Made by a program: the position numbers and the translations under genes. From positions 1-58,360 of the forward strand of contig JBBQEF010000001.1 in the NCBI GenBank assembly GCA_038320445.1: DNA of 58,360 nucleotides, written 5' to 3'. A model generated the notes under the pieces. That model did not search any database and was not told where the DNA came from. It worked only from the letters and a program-made list of their open reading frames with translations. The DNA is from Mycobacteriales bacterium. GTDB lineage: Bacteria; Actinomycetota; Actinomycetes; Mycobacteriales; Pseudonocardiaceae. How positions within the stretch are numbered: position 1 is the first letter of the stretch; every line of letters begins with the position of its first letter. Shown piece after piece: positions 1 to 11,494 of this stretch.

Positions 1-870
1 CCCGGCCACGCCGATCTCGCCGGGATGACGAAGTACGGCTTCGACGACGCCCGGCCCGTGCTGGAGCGGGCCAGCGCGCGGGAGACGGCGTCGCGGGTGG
101 TGCTCGGCACCGTGGCACGGGCGTTCCTGAAGCAGGCCTTCGACATCGACATCGTGTCGCACGTCGTGGAGCTGGGCACCGTGGTCGCCCCCGACGACGA
201 GCTGCCCGGCCCGCACGACCTGGAACGGGTGGACGCGAGCCCGGTCCGGGCGTTCGCCGATGCGGCCACCGCCGCGATGGTCGCCGAGGTCGACGCGGCC
301 CAGCGCGAGGGCGACACCCTCGGCGGCGTGGTCGAGGTCATCGCGTACGGGGTCCCCGTGGGCCTCGGGTCCTACGTCCAGTCCGACCGGCGGCTGGACG
401 CCCGGCTCGCGGGCGCGCTGATGGTCATCCAGGCGATGAAAGGTGTGGAGATCGGCGACGGCTTCCGCACCGCGCGGCGGCGCGGCAGCGCCGCCCACGA
501 CGAGATGATCCCGGGCGCGGGGGCGGGCGGGCGCGTGGCCGAGCGGCTGTCCAACCGGGCCGGTGGCATCGAGGGCGGCATGACCAACGGCGAGCCCGTG
601 CGCGTGCGGGTCGCGATGAAGCCGATCTCCACCGTGCCGCGGGCGCTGCGCACGATCGACGTCGCCACCGGAGAGGCGGCGCAGGCCATCCACCAGCGGT
701 CCGACGTGTGCGCGGTGCCGGCCGCGGGCGTGGTCGCCGAGGCCATGGTCGCGCTCGTGCTCGCCGACGCGGCGGTCGAGAAGTTCGGCGGCGACTCGCT
801 CGCCGAGACCCGCCGCAACCTGCGCTCCTACCTGGACGCCAGTGCCGAGCACCTCACCGCGCGGAGCTGA
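1..870 (+). CDS. aroC: chorismate synthase (5' truncated by window edge)
   Basis: Frame from base 1 reads PGHADLAGM; also [28 protein letters not shown] and RSDVCAVP motifs. Confidence 0.97.
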   Translation, partial: PGHADLAGMTKYGFDDARPVLERASARETASRVVLGTVARAFLKQAFDIDIVSHVVELGTVVAPDDELPGPHDLERVDASPVRAFADAATAAMVAEVDAAQREGDTLGGVVEVIAYGVPVGLGSYVQSDRRLDARLAGALMVIQAMKGVEIGDGFRTARRRGSAAHDEMIPGAGAGGRVAERLSNRAGGIEGGMTNGEPVRVRVAMKPISTVPRALRTIDVATGEAAQAIHQRSDVCAVPAAGVVAEAMVALVLADAAVEKFGGDSLAETRRNLRSYLDASAEHLTARS

Positions 871-959
871 CGGACCGATTCGGGCGGCGCGCGCCTTCCC
901 GCACCCACCGCGCGCGGTCCCGGATGTCCGTGAGCGGCCCGGGCGCGGCTGACCGCTCC

Positions 960-1277
960 TCAGCGATCGTCGCGGACGTCCTCGGCCTGCGCCGGGCCGT
1001 CGGCCCGGTCCGCGCGACCGACTTGCGTGCCCGCACGGAACGCGGCCGGAGCGTCCCCGTGCGCGCTCCGCACCGGAGCAGGTTCGGGATCGGCGGCCGC
1101 GAACGGCGCGAACGGCGTGCCCTCGCCGGTGCCGCCCGGCACGCGCAGCTGGGGCTCGAGATGATCCTGCCGCGACCGGCGGGGGAGCGGGAGCTGCTCG
1201 CGACGCGGAGGTGGGGGGTCGTTGTCGTCCCGGGGGCGCAGCGGGTGCACGGGCGGCTCGCCCCGGCGGGCCGTCAT
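960..1277 (-). CDS. small hypothetical protein with LPRRSRQDHLEPQLR motif
   Basis: 105-aa ATG-initiated ORF filling the aroC-aroK gap; motif resembles the C-terminal tails of actinomycete conservon sensor kinases; RBS weak. Confidence 0.55.
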   Translation of the reverse strand: MTARRGEPPVHPLRPRDDNDPPPPRREQLPLPRRSRQDHLEPQLRVPGGTGEGTPFAPFAAADPEPAPVRSAHGDAPAAFRAGTQVGRADRADGPAQAEDVRDDR

Positions 1278-1493
1278 CGGATGGTCCGAGGGGCGGGTCG
1301 GTTCGCGTCGTGCACCCGGTCACTCCCATCGTGCGACAGTCGCGCCACTTCCGTCACGGCCGGTCACCCGCGCCGCGGATCGAGGGTAACCGATCACCGG
1401 CCCGGCCCGGCCCGGGGTCGCGCCCGGTCCGCACGGCGGTGCTCGACCAGGCAGCGGCACCGACCGTCGGTGGCGATCGGTACGGTGTCAACG

Positions 1494-2129
1494 GTGATCC
1501 CGGAGAGACGTCCCACCCTGGTGCTGGTCGGCCCGCCAGGGGCCGGCAAGACGACCGTCGGCCGCGTACTGGCGCGCCGGCTGGGCGTCGGGTTCACCGA
1601 TGTGGACGGCATGATCGTCGAGCGCGCCGGCAAACCCATCGCCGACATGTTCCTGCAGGACGGCGAGGACGCGTTCCGCGCGCTCGAGCGGGAGGTCGTC
1701 GCCGAGGCACTCGTCGCCACGGACGGGGTGCTCGCGCTGGGCGGCGGCTCGGTCCTCGCCGACGTCACCCGCGGCCGCCTGCGCGGCCATCGGGTCGTGT
1801 ACCTGAACGTCGGGCTCTCCGACGGCCTGCGCCGCACGGGGATGTCCACCGCCCGGCCGCTGCTCGCCGGGGTCAACCCGCGGGCCACGTTCAAGGCGCT
1901 GCTCGACGCCAGGGCCCCGCTCTACAGGGAAGTGGCCACGGTCGAGATCGACACCAGCCGGCGCAGCGCCAACCAGGTGGCGAGGGCCGTGCTGGAGGCG
2001 ATCGGCGAGGTCCCGAGCAGTGCCCCGGCGGACCCGGTCGACCCGGCCGACCCGCTCGACGTGCCCACCCCGTTCGGCGCGGCCACCGGGTCGGCTGCTC
2101 CGTTGCCGGACCCGACCGTCCGCTCCTGA
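1494..2129 (+). CDS. aroK: shikimate kinase
   Basis: P-loop GPPGAGKT, GEDAFR, LALGGG and RPLL; GTG 1494 lies 7 nt after TACGGT (1481-1486). Confidence 0.95.
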   Translation: MIPERRPTLVLVGPPGAGKTTVGRVLARRLGVGFTDVDGMIVERAGKPIADMFLQDGEDAFRALEREVVAEALVATDGVLALGGGSVLADVTRGRLRGHRVVYLNVGLSDGLRRTGMSTARPLLAGVNPRATFKALLDARAPLYREVATVEIDTSRRSANQVARAVLEAIGEVPSSAPADPVDPADPLDVPTPFGAATGSAAPLPDPTVRS

Positions 2130-3843
<1,714 letters not shown>

Positions 3844-3847
<4 letters not shown>

Positions 3848-4914
3848 CCGCGGCCCGCCGGGACGCGCTGCGGGCGCTCCTGCGCACCGCGGAGCTGGAC
3901 GCGGTGCTCGTCACGGACCTCGTGAACATCCGCTACCTCACCGGCTTCACCGGCTCCAACGCCGCGCTGCTCGTGCACTCCGACGGCGACGCGGCGAGCC
4001 GCTTCTGCACCGACGGGCGCTACCGCACGCAGGCGGCCGAGCAGGTGCCCGATCTGGAGACCGTCGTCGACCGCGGCAGCGCGCTCGCGCTGGCCGGTCT
4101 CGCCCGGGGCCGGGTCGGATACGAGTCGGGCCACGTGACTGTCGACGGGCACGCTGCGCTCGCCGAGGCCGCGGAGGGTGCGCGCCTGGAGCGGGCGCCC
4201 GGCCTCGTCGAGCAGCTGCGCGTGGTCAAGGACGGTACCGAGGTCGCCCTGCTGCGGGCCGCGTGTTCCGCGGCCGACGCCGCGCTGGCCGACCTGATCG
4301 CCGCCGGGGGACTGGTGCCGGGCCGCACCGAGATCGCCGTGGCGCTGGACCTGGAGGGCCGGATGCGTGGTCACGGCGCGGACGGCCCGTCGTTCGCGAC
4401 GATCGTCGCGACGGGGGCGCACTCCGCAGTGCCTCATCACCTGCCGACCGGGGCGCCGGTGCGATCCGGCGATCTGGTCAAGATGGACTTCGGCGCGCTC
4501 GTCGGCGGCTACCACTCCGACATGACCCGCACCGTCGTCGTCGGCCGCGCCGCGGAGTGGCAGCGCGAGATGTACGCGCTGGTCGCGGCGGCGCAGCGGG
4601 CCGGGTGCGCCGCGCTGGCCCCCGGCACCGACGTCGCCGCGGTGGACGGGGCGGCCCGGTCCGTCATCGCCGCCGCCGGGCGCGGTGAGGAGTTCGTCCA
4701 CGGTCTCGGGCACGGGGTCGGCCTCGAGATCCACGAGGCCCCGGCGTTGTCCGCGACCGGCACCGGTGTGCTCGCGGCGGGCATGGCCGTCACCGTCGAG
4801 CCCGGGGTGTACGTGGACGGGCGGGGTGGGGTGCGCATCGAGGACACGCTCGTGGTCCGGGACGGCGACCCGGAGCTGCTGACGCTCACCACCAAGGAGC
4901 TGGTCGAGGTCTAG
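3844..4914 (+). CDS. pepQ: Xaa-Pro peptidase (M24 family)
   Basis: [14 protein letters not shown]...[32 protein letters not shown]; ATGA overlap with aroQ. Confidence 0.9.
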
Positions 4915-5022
4915 ACCGGCCGGACCGGTAGTGTGGACCGCGGACGACGGCGCCGAGCACGGTGCCGCAGACCCGGCGCGTGACGGCTCCGCGCCCAGCA
5001 CAGACGCAGGAGATGTACGCAC

Positions 5023-5586
5023 GTGGCCACCACGAACGACCTCAAGAACGGGCTGGTCCTCAACCTGGACGGCCAGCTGTGGACGGTCACGGCCTTCCAG
5101 CACGTCAAGCCCGGCAAGGGCGGCGCCTTCGTCCGCACCACGCTCAAGAACGTGATGACGGGCAAGGTCGTCGACAAGACGTTCAACGCCGGCACCAAGG
5201 TCGACACCGCCACCGTCGACCGCCGCGACATGACCTTCCTCTACCGTGACGGCGCCGATTTCGTGTTCATGGACGGCGACACGTTCGACCAGATCCCGAT
5301 CCCCGAGGTCACCGTCGGGAGCAACGCGGGCTACCTGCTGGAGAACCAGACGGCGATGGTGGCGCTGCACGAGAGCGTGCCGCTCTACATCGAGCTGCCC
5401 ACCTCGGTGGAGCTGGTCATCGCCCACACCGACCCGGGGCTGCAGGGCGACCGCTCCACCGGCGGCACCAAGCCGGCCACCCTGGAGACGGGCGCGGAGA
5501 TCCAGGTTCCGCTGTTCGTCACCACCGGCGAGAAGGTCAAGGTGGACACCCGCGACGGTCGCTACCTGGGCCGCATCTCCTCCTGA
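5023..5586 (+). CDS. efp: elongation factor P
   Basis: [29 protein letters not shown]; upstream AGGAG. Confidence 0.98.
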   Translation: MATTNDLKNGLVLNLDGQLWTVTAFQHVKPGKGGAFVRTTLKNVMTGKVVDKTFNAGTKVDTATVDRRDMTFLYRDGADFVFMDGDTFDQIPIPEVTVGSNAGYLLENQTAMVALHESVPLYIELPTSVELVIAHTDPGLQGDRSTGGTKPATLETGAEIQVPLFVTTGEKVKVDTRDGRYLGRISS

Positions 5587-5599
5587 TGCCCCGATACTC

Positions 5600-6022
5600 A
5601 TGCTGAGAGCGCGCACCAAGGCGCGGAAACGCGCACTGGACATCCTGTTCGAGTCCGAGGCCCGTGGCGACGATCCGCTGGTCGTGCTCGCCCATCGCCG
5701 CGAGACCGACGATGCGCCCCCGGTCTCGGAGTACGCCGCGATGCTCGTGGAGGGCGTCGTCGAGCACCGCGAGCGCATCGACCAGCTGCTCGCCGAGCAT
5801 GCCGAGGGCTGGTCGGTCGCGCGCATGCCCGCTGTCGACCGCACGCTGCTGCGCATCGGGGTGTTCGAGCTGCTCTGGGTCGACGAGATCGACGACCCGG
5901 TGGCGATCACGGAAGCGGTGGAGCTGGCGAGAACCCTGTCGACGGACGACAGCCCGCGATTCCTGAACGGGGTGCTGGGCCGGATCTCCGACATAGCGGA
6001 GCACCTCCGCGCCACCCGCTGA
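5600..6022 (+). CDS. nusB: transcription antitermination factor NusB
   Basis: ARTKARKRALDILFE, VDRTLLRIG, FLNGVLG; follows efp. Confidence 0.95.
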   Translation: MLRARTKARKRALDILFESEARGDDPLVVLAHRRETDDAPPVSEYAAMLVEGVVEHRERIDQLLAEHAEGWSVARMPAVDRTLLRIGVFELLWVDEIDDPVAITEAVELARTLSTDDSPRFLNGVLGRISDIAEHLRATR

Positions 6023-6084
6023 GCAGCTCCCACCGCATCGCAGCTGCATGACCCCGAACCGGGACGGCGGTGTTCGGAACCACA

Positions 6085-6098
6085 TCGAATCGATTCGA
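6085..6098. promoter_or_regulatory. perfect 14-bp palindrome TCGAATCGATTCGA, LacI-type operator candidate
   Basis: AT-rich palindrome with central CG about 90 nt upstream of the MFS gene. Confidence 0.65.
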
Positions 6099-6190
6099 CA
6101 GCGGCTCTGACCGCGGCGTAGCGTCGGGACCTGGCCAGCTGCAACGACGAGGCGGCCGTTCACCGTCCCGCCGTCTGCAGGAGTACCGCC

Positions 6191-7366
6191 GTGCCCGTCG
6201 CGATCGTCGCGATGGCGCTGGGGGCGTTCGCCATCGGGCTCTCCGAGTTCGCCGTGATGGGTCTGCTGCCCCGCATCGCCACCGATCTGTCCGTGTCCGT
6301 TCCGGTCGTGGGCAACCTCGTCACCGCCTACGCCGTGGGCGTGGTGGTCGGGGCCCCGTTGCTCGCCGCGGCGGCCGTGCGGCTGCGTCGTCGCACCGCG
6401 CTGCTGCTGTTCATGGCGCTGTTCGCCGCGGGCAACGCGCTGGCCGCGCTGGCCCCCGGGTTCGGGCTGCTGCTGGTGGCGCGCTTCCTGTCCGGGCTGC
6501 CGCACGGGGCGTTCTTCGGCATCGGGGCGCTCGTGGCGGCCTCGCTCGTGCCGGAGCGCAGGCGGGCGTCGGCGGTGGCCTCGATGCTGCTCGGGCTGAC
6601 GGTCGCGAACCTGGTCGGGGTACCGGCGGCGACGCTGCTCGGGGGGCTGGCCGGCTGGCGCCTGGCCTTCGTCATGATCACCGTACTGGCGTTGCTCTGC
6701 GTGGCCGGGATGCTCGCCACCGTCCCCCGCGACTCCGTCACGGCCCGCCCGAGCCTCGCGGCCGAGTTCGCCGCGCTCCGGGCCCCCGCGGTGCTGCTGG
6801 CGCTGGGCACGGTGGTGATCGGCTGCAGCGGTCTGTTCGCCTTCTACACCTTCATCGCGCCGATGATGACCGAGCTCGCGGGCTACGGAGCCGCCGCGAT
6901 GCCCGTGCTGCTCGCCGTCTTCGGCCTGGGCATGACGGTGGGCACCGTCCTCGGCGGCCGGCTCGCCGACCGATTCGACCCGCGTCGCGTGGTGGTCGGG
7001 CTGCTCGGCGGGCAGGCGTCGTTGCTGCTCGTGGCGGTGTTCGCGGTCCGTTCCCCGGTGCTCGCCCCGGTCATGATCTTCGGAGTCGGGGCGATCGGGG
7101 TGGCGCTCGTACCCGCGGTGCAGTCCGTGGTGATGGACTCGGCGGGCGACGCGCCCGCACTGGCGTCGGCGGCGATCCAGTCGGCCTTCAACCTGGCCAA
7201 CGCGATCGGCGCCGCGTTCGGGGGAGTCGTGCTCGCCGCCGGATGGGGGCTCGCCGCGCCTCCCGGCGCCGGGGCGGTCCTGACGGCGCTGGGGCTGGTG
7301 CCGGCGATCGTGGTCGTGACGAGGGCGGGCCGCACGACCGCCGCCCTCGAGGCAACCCCCGCCTGA
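6191..7366 (+). CDS. MFS transporter (AraJ/DHA1-like)
   Basis: GAFAIGLSEFAVMGLLP, ARFLSGLPHGAFFG, GGRLADR; about 12 hydrophobic segments; AGGAG RBS. Confidence 0.92.
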   Translation: MPVAIVAMALGAFAIGLSEFAVMGLLPRIATDLSVSVPVVGNLVTAYAVGVVVGAPLLAAAAVRLRRRTALLLFMALFAAGNALAALAPGFGLLLVARFLSGLPHGAFFGIGALVAASLVPERRRASAVASMLLGLTVANLVGVPAATLLGGLAGWRLAFVMITVLALLCVAGMLATVPRDSVTARPSLAAEFAALRAPAVLLALGTVVIGCSGLFAFYTFIAPMMTELAGYGAAAMPVLLAVFGLGMTVGTVLGGRLADRFDPRRVVVGLLGGQASLLLVAVFAVRSPVLAPVMIFGVGAIGVALVPAVQSVVMDSAGDAPALASAAIQSAFNLANAIGAAFGGVVLAAGWGLAAPPGAGAVLTALGLVPAIVVVTRAGRTTAALEATPA

Positions 7367-7367
7367 C

Positions 7368-7478
7368 CCCGCAACAGCAACGAGCCCGCGCGATGCGCAA
7401 CGTGGGCTCCCGCAACAGCAACGAGCCCGCGCGATGTCGGGAGACGGGGTGTTGAAAGCGCGACGAGCCCGCGCGATG
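7368..7478. repeat. three direct repeats with 41-42 bp period, core ACGAGCCCGCGCGATG
   Basis: 28-bp identical copies at 7368-7395 and 7409-7436; 16-bp core repeated at 7463-7478. Confidence 0.85.
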
Positions 7479-7493
7479 TGACACGGGGCCCCG

Positions 7494-7532
7494 GCGGGCC
7501 GCACCGTCTGTCGGGGAGTCGGTGCGGCTCGC
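7494..7532. terminator. hairpin between the convergent MFS gene and bldD
   Basis: gcgggccgcaccg (7494-7506) pairs with cggtgcggctcgc (7520-7532), one G-U pair. Confidence 0.65.
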
Positions 7533-7577
7533 TGTCCGTGGTCCGGCGCCCTTCCCCGAGTGCCGGACCTGCGCGGG

Positions 7578-8060
7578 CTACCCGACCGGGCGCGCCTCGG
7601 GGGGCAGGACGCCCCAGTCGATAAGCTGGTCGGTGAGCTCGCCCGGCGTCATGTCGTAGATGATCGACAGCGACCGGAGGTCCTCGGCGCGGATCGAGAG
7701 GACCTTGCCGTTGTAGTCACCGCGCTGGCTCTGGATCGCGGCGGCGTAGCGGGCCAGCGGGCCGACCTTGTCGGCGGGGAGCTGCTGGAGTCGCTCCAGG
7801 TTGATGACGATCTTCGTGGCGGGTTCCGAGCCGGACGGGACGCGTCCCTCGGGGAGCAGCTCGGCCACGGGAACGCCGTAGAAGTCGGCCAGCTCGGCCA
7901 GCTTCTGCACGGTGACGGCGCGGTCGCCGCGCTCGTAGGAGCCCACGACGACCGCCTTCCAGCGACCGCCGGACTTCTGCTCGACGCCGTGGAGTGACAA
8001 TCCCTGCTGCTGCCGGATGGCGCGCAGCTTGCCGCCGAGCGCCTTGGCGTAGTCGCCCAT
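7578..8060 (-). CDS. bldD: BldD, c-di-GMP-binding developmental regulator
   Basis: YAKALGGKLRAIRQQQGLSLHGVEQKS...WKAVVVGSYERGDR XRE domain; RGD-X8-RxxD motif (RGDYNGKVLSIRAED); AAGGAGG RBS; divergent from pyrR. Confidence 0.96.
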   Translation of the reverse strand: MGDYAKALGGKLRAIRQQQGLSLHGVEQKSGGRWKAVVVGSYERGDRAVTVQKLAELADFYGVPVAELLPEGRVPSGSEPATKIVINLERLQQLPADKVGPLARYAAAIQSQRGDYNGKVLSIRAEDLRSLSIIYDMTPGELTDQLIDWGVLPPEARPVG

Positions 8061-8221
8061 GCTGGCGACCTCCTTACTTGCTGGTCCATCGGTTCCCGCC
8101 GCGGAGGTGGGGAACGCGGTGTTGACTGGGGTGCGCAGGGAGCCGTTGCGCGGGAGTGCGGGGACCCTTGGCCGGCCCGGTGTGCCCCCCGCAACCGCGG
8201 ACACCGAGCGAACAAGGAATC

Positions 8222-8236
8222 AATACGCAGAGTAAT
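8222..8236. promoter_or_regulatory. putative BldD box (autoregulation)
   Basis: AATACGCAGAGTAAT matches NTNACNCWGNGTNAN with one mismatch, upstream of bldD. Confidence 0.5.
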
Positions 8237-8498
8237 CATGCGCTCGCGCCGCCGATCGGTCAAGTTGCCCACCCCCTGATCGTGACCTTCGGACCAGAGA
8301 TCACTCGATCGGCTGATCGACACGCCTGGGCCAGCCCTTTCGCGCCACCGGCGGCACCCACGCGCGCTCCGACGGTGACAGAGGTGTGACCCGTGAGGTA
8401 CGAGTGGGTGGCGGTCCGTTCATACCCGGCGTGACACTCCCGTTGTCGAGGTGGCCGGGCGGGTCGGCCACCCGGCGCTGATACGGTGCTCCCACAGA

Positions 8499-8533
8499 TC
8501 CTTTAATGGCCCGTCCGGTGAGGCGGGGAAGGA
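8499..8533 (+). promoter_or_regulatory. PyrR-binding RNA stem-loop overlapping the pyrR Shine-Dalgarno sequence
   Basis: CCUUUAA...GUCCGGUGAGGC consensus; UCCUU (8499-8503) pairs with AAGGA (8529-8533); -10 TACGGT at 8482-8487. Confidence 0.85.
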
Positions 8534-8540
8534 GAGACTC

Positions 8541-9113
8541 GTGGCGGACGCTCGCCGCGGGGACCAGGTCGGTGCGAGCCCTCCCGCACGGGAGCTCCTC
8601 AGCGCCGCCGACGTCACCCGCACCATCGCGCGCATCGCGCACCAGATCATCGAGAAGACGGCAGGCGCCGAGAACGTCGTGCTGATCGGCATCCCCACCC
8701 GCGGCGCCGTGCTCGCCCGCCGGCTGGCGGGGGCGATCGCCGAGTTCGAGGGGAGCGCCCCGCCGGTCGGGTCCGTCGATCCGACGCTCTACCGCGACGA
8801 CCTGCGCCGCCGGCCCGCTCGCGCGCTGGAGGACACCCAGGTGCCCGAGGGCGGGCTCGACGACGTGCTGGTCGTCCTGGTCGACGACGTGCTGATGTCC
8901 GGGCGCACGGTCCGCGCGGCCCTGGACGCGCTGAGCGACCACGGCCGTCCCCGCGCGGTGCAGCTCGCCGTCCTCGTCGACCGCGGGCACCGGGAGCTGC
9001 CCATCCGTGCCGACTACGTGGGCAAGAACGTCCCGACCTCCCGTGAGGAGCAGATCCTGGTGCTGCTCGAGGAGACCGACGGCGCCGACGCCGTACGGCT
9101 GGGACGCGCATGA
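8541..9113 (+). CDS. pyrR: pyrimidine operon regulator / uracil phosphoribosyltransferase PyrR
   Basis: [56 protein letters not shown]. Confidence 0.97.
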   Translation: MADARRGDQVGASPPARELLSAADVTRTIARIAHQIIEKTAGAENVVLIGIPTRGAVLARRLAGAIAEFEGSAPPVGSVDPTLYRDDLRRRPARALEDTQVPEGGLDDVLVVLVDDVLMSGRTVRAALDALSDHGRPRAVQLAVLVDRGHRELPIRADYVGKNVPTSREEQILVLLEETDGADAVRLGRA

Positions 9114-10054
9114 AGCACCTGCTCTCGGTGACCGACCTCGACGCCGCCGCGGCCACCGCCCTGCTCGACACCTCCGACCGTCTCAAGCAGGCCCTGCTGG
9201 GCCGCGAGGTGCGCAAGCTGCCGACGCTCCGCGGCCGCACCGTCGTCACGATGTTCTACGAGAACTCCACCCGCACCCGCGTGTCGTTCGAGGTCGCGGG
9301 CAAGTGGATGAGTGCCGACACCGTGAACGTCAGCGCGTCCGGCTCGTCGGTGGCGAAGGGCGAGTCGCTGCGCGACACCTCGCTCACGCTCTCCGCGATG
9401 GGCGCCGACTGCGTGATCGTCCGCCATCCCGCGTCGGGAGCGGCGCACCGCATGGCCGCGTGGGCCGACCGGGACGCCGCCGCCACCGGCACCCACACGT
9501 CGATCGTCAACGCCGGCGACGGCACGCACGAGCACCCCACGCAGGCGCTCCTGGACGCGGCCACGCTGCGCGACCGCCTCGGCTCGATCGCCGGGCGCCG
9601 GATCGGGATCGTGGGTGACGTCCTGCACAGCCGCGTCGCCCGCTCGAACGTTCTGCTGCTCGCCACGCTCGGCGCCGAGGTGGTGCTGATCGCGCCGCCG
9701 ACGCTGCTGCCGGTCGGGGTCGTCGAGTGGCCGTGCCGGGTCAGCCCCGAGCTCGACGCCGAGCTGCCCGCGCTGGACGCCGTCATGATGCTGCGGGTAC
9801 AGGCCGAGCGCATGCACGGCTCGTTCTTCCCGTCCTCGCGCGAGTACGCGGTGGGCTACGGGCTGTCCGAGGAGCGCGCCGCGCTGCTCCCCGAGCACGC
9901 CGTCGTCCTGCACCCCGGGCCGATGGTGCGGGGCATGGAGATCGCGCCCGCGGTGGCCGACGGCGCGCGGTCGGCGGTTCTGGCGCAGGTTCGCAACGGC
10001 GTCCACGTGCGCATGGCCGTCCTGTACCACCTGCTGGCAGGAGCCCCGGAATGA
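9110..10054 (+). CDS. pyrB: aspartate carbamoyltransferase catalytic subunit
   Basis: [25 protein letters not shown]. Confidence 0.97.
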   Translation: MKHLLSVTDLDAAAATALLDTSDRLKQALLGREVRKLPTLRGRTVVTMFYENSTRTRVSFEVAGKWMSADTVNVSASGSSVAKGESLRDTSLTLSAMGADCVIVRHPASGAAHRMAAWADRDAAATGTHTSIVNAGDGTHEHPTQALLDAATLRDRLGSIAGRRIGIVGDVLHSRVARSNVLLLATLGAEVVLIAPPTLLPVGVVEWPCRVSPELDAELPALDAVMMLRVQAERMHGSFFPSSREYAVGYGLSEERAALLPEHAVVLHPGPMVRGMEIAPAVADGARSAVLAQVRNGVHVRMAVLYHLLAGAPE

Positions 10055-10136
10055 GCCGTCTGGCGGCCGGCAGGGTGACACTGCTGCGACTGAACCGGAG
10101 CACTCTCACCATGCTGCGATCGGGAACGGAGCCCCC

Positions 10137-11429
10137 GTGCACGACCTGCTGATCACCTCCGCGCGGCCCTACGGCGGCCCCGACGCCGTGGACCTGCTGG
10201 TGCGGGACGGGGTCGTCGTCTCGATCGGCTCCGGGATCACCCCGCCCGACGGCGTGCCGGTCCTCGACGCCGCGGGGCTCGTGCTGCTGCCGGGCTTCGT
10301 CGACCTGCACACGCACCTCCGCGAGCCCGGCGGTGAGGAGTCCGAGACCATCGCCACCGGCTCGGCCGCCGCCGCGCTGGGCGGGTTCACCGCGGTCTTC
10401 GCGATGCCCAACACCGACCCCGTGGCCGACACCGACGTCGTGGTGGAGCACGTGCGCCGCCGCGGGGAGGACGTCGGGCTCGTGGACGTGCACCCGGTCG
10501 GAGCGGTCACCGTCGGGCTCGAGGGCACGAAGATGGCCGAGCTCGGCACGATGGCGCGCAGCCGCGCACGGGTGCGGATGTTCTCCGACGACGGCCGGTG
10601 CGTGAACGATCCCTTGATCATGCGCCGGGCGCTGGAGTACGCGTCCGCGCTCGACGTCGTGATCGCCCAGCACGCGGAGGACCACCGCCTCACCGGGGGC
10701 GCGCAGGCGCACGAGGGTGTCGTGGCGTCCCGGCTGGGGTTGGCCGGCTGGCCCGCCACCGCCGAGGAGACGATCGTGGCGCGCGACTGCGCGCTGGCCC
10801 GCGAGGCCGGTGCCGCGCTGCACGTCTGCCATGTCTCGAGCGCCCGCACGATCGACGTGCTGCGCGCCGCCAAGGCGGCAGGCGTACGGGTCAGCGCCGA
10901 GGTCACCCCGCACCACCTGCTGCTCACCGACGCCCGGCTGACCAGCTACGACCCGGTGAACAAGGTCAACCCGCCGCTGCGCACCGGGCCGGACACCGAC
11001 GCGATGCGCGCGGCGCTCGCCGAAGGCGTGATCGACGTCGTCGCCACCGACCACGCGCCCCACGCGCCCCAGTACAAGGACACCGAGTGGGCCGCGGCCA
11101 GGCCCGGGATGCTCGGCCTGCAGACGGCCCTGTCCGTGGTGGTGCACACGATGCTCGAGCCCGGCCTGCTCGACTGGCGTGGCGTCGCGCGGGTGCTGTC
11201 CGAGCGGCCCGCGGAGATCGCGGGGCTGCCCGACCAGGGCCGTCCGATCGCTGCGGGCGAGCCCGCGAACTTCGCGCTGGTCGACCCGGACGGCGTCTGG
11301 ACGGTGCGGGGCGCGAAGCTGGCCAGCCGCGCGTCCAACACGCCCTACGAGGGCATGCGGCTGCCGGCCACGGTGGTCGCCACGGTGCTGCGCGGGCGGA
11401 TCACGACGAGGAACGGGGACGTTGTATGA
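10137..11429 (+). CDS. pyrC: dihydroorotase
   Basis: [31 protein letters not shown]. Confidence 0.97.
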   Translation: MHDLLITSARPYGGPDAVDLLVRDGVVVSIGSGITPPDGVPVLDAAGLVLLPGFVDLHTHLREPGGEESETIATGSAAAALGGFTAVFAMPNTDPVADTDVVVEHVRRRGEDVGLVDVHPVGAVTVGLEGTKMAELGTMARSRARVRMFSDDGRCVNDPLIMRRALEYASALDVVIAQHAEDHRLTGGAQAHEGVVASRLGLAGWPATAEETIVARDCALAREAGAALHVCHVSSARTIDVLRAAKAAGVRVSAEVTPHHLLLTDARLTSYDPVNKVNPPLRTGPDTDAMRAALAEGVIDVVATDHAPHAPQYKDTEWAAARPGMLGLQTALSVVVHTMLEPGLLDWRGVARVLSERPAEIAGLPDQGRPIAAGEPANFALVDPDGVWTVRGAKLASRASNTPYEGMRLPATVVATVLRGRITTRNGDVV

Positions 11430-11494
11430 CCACGCCGACCACCACCACGGGCCCGGTACCGGGAGCGCCATCGGCCGAGGAGCACCCGGCATGA
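11426..11494 (+). CDS. 22-aa mini-ORF bridging pyrC and carA
   Basis: ATG overlaps the pyrC stop (ATGA) and its TGA overlaps the carA ATG; [22 protein letters not shown]. Confidence 0.45.
   Translation: MTTPTTTTGPVPGAPSAEEHPA

Noticed and set aside
7368-7478. Possible mini-CRISPR array
   Set aside because: Intervening sequences are only about 13-14 bp, the third repeat is partial, and no cas genes are in the window.
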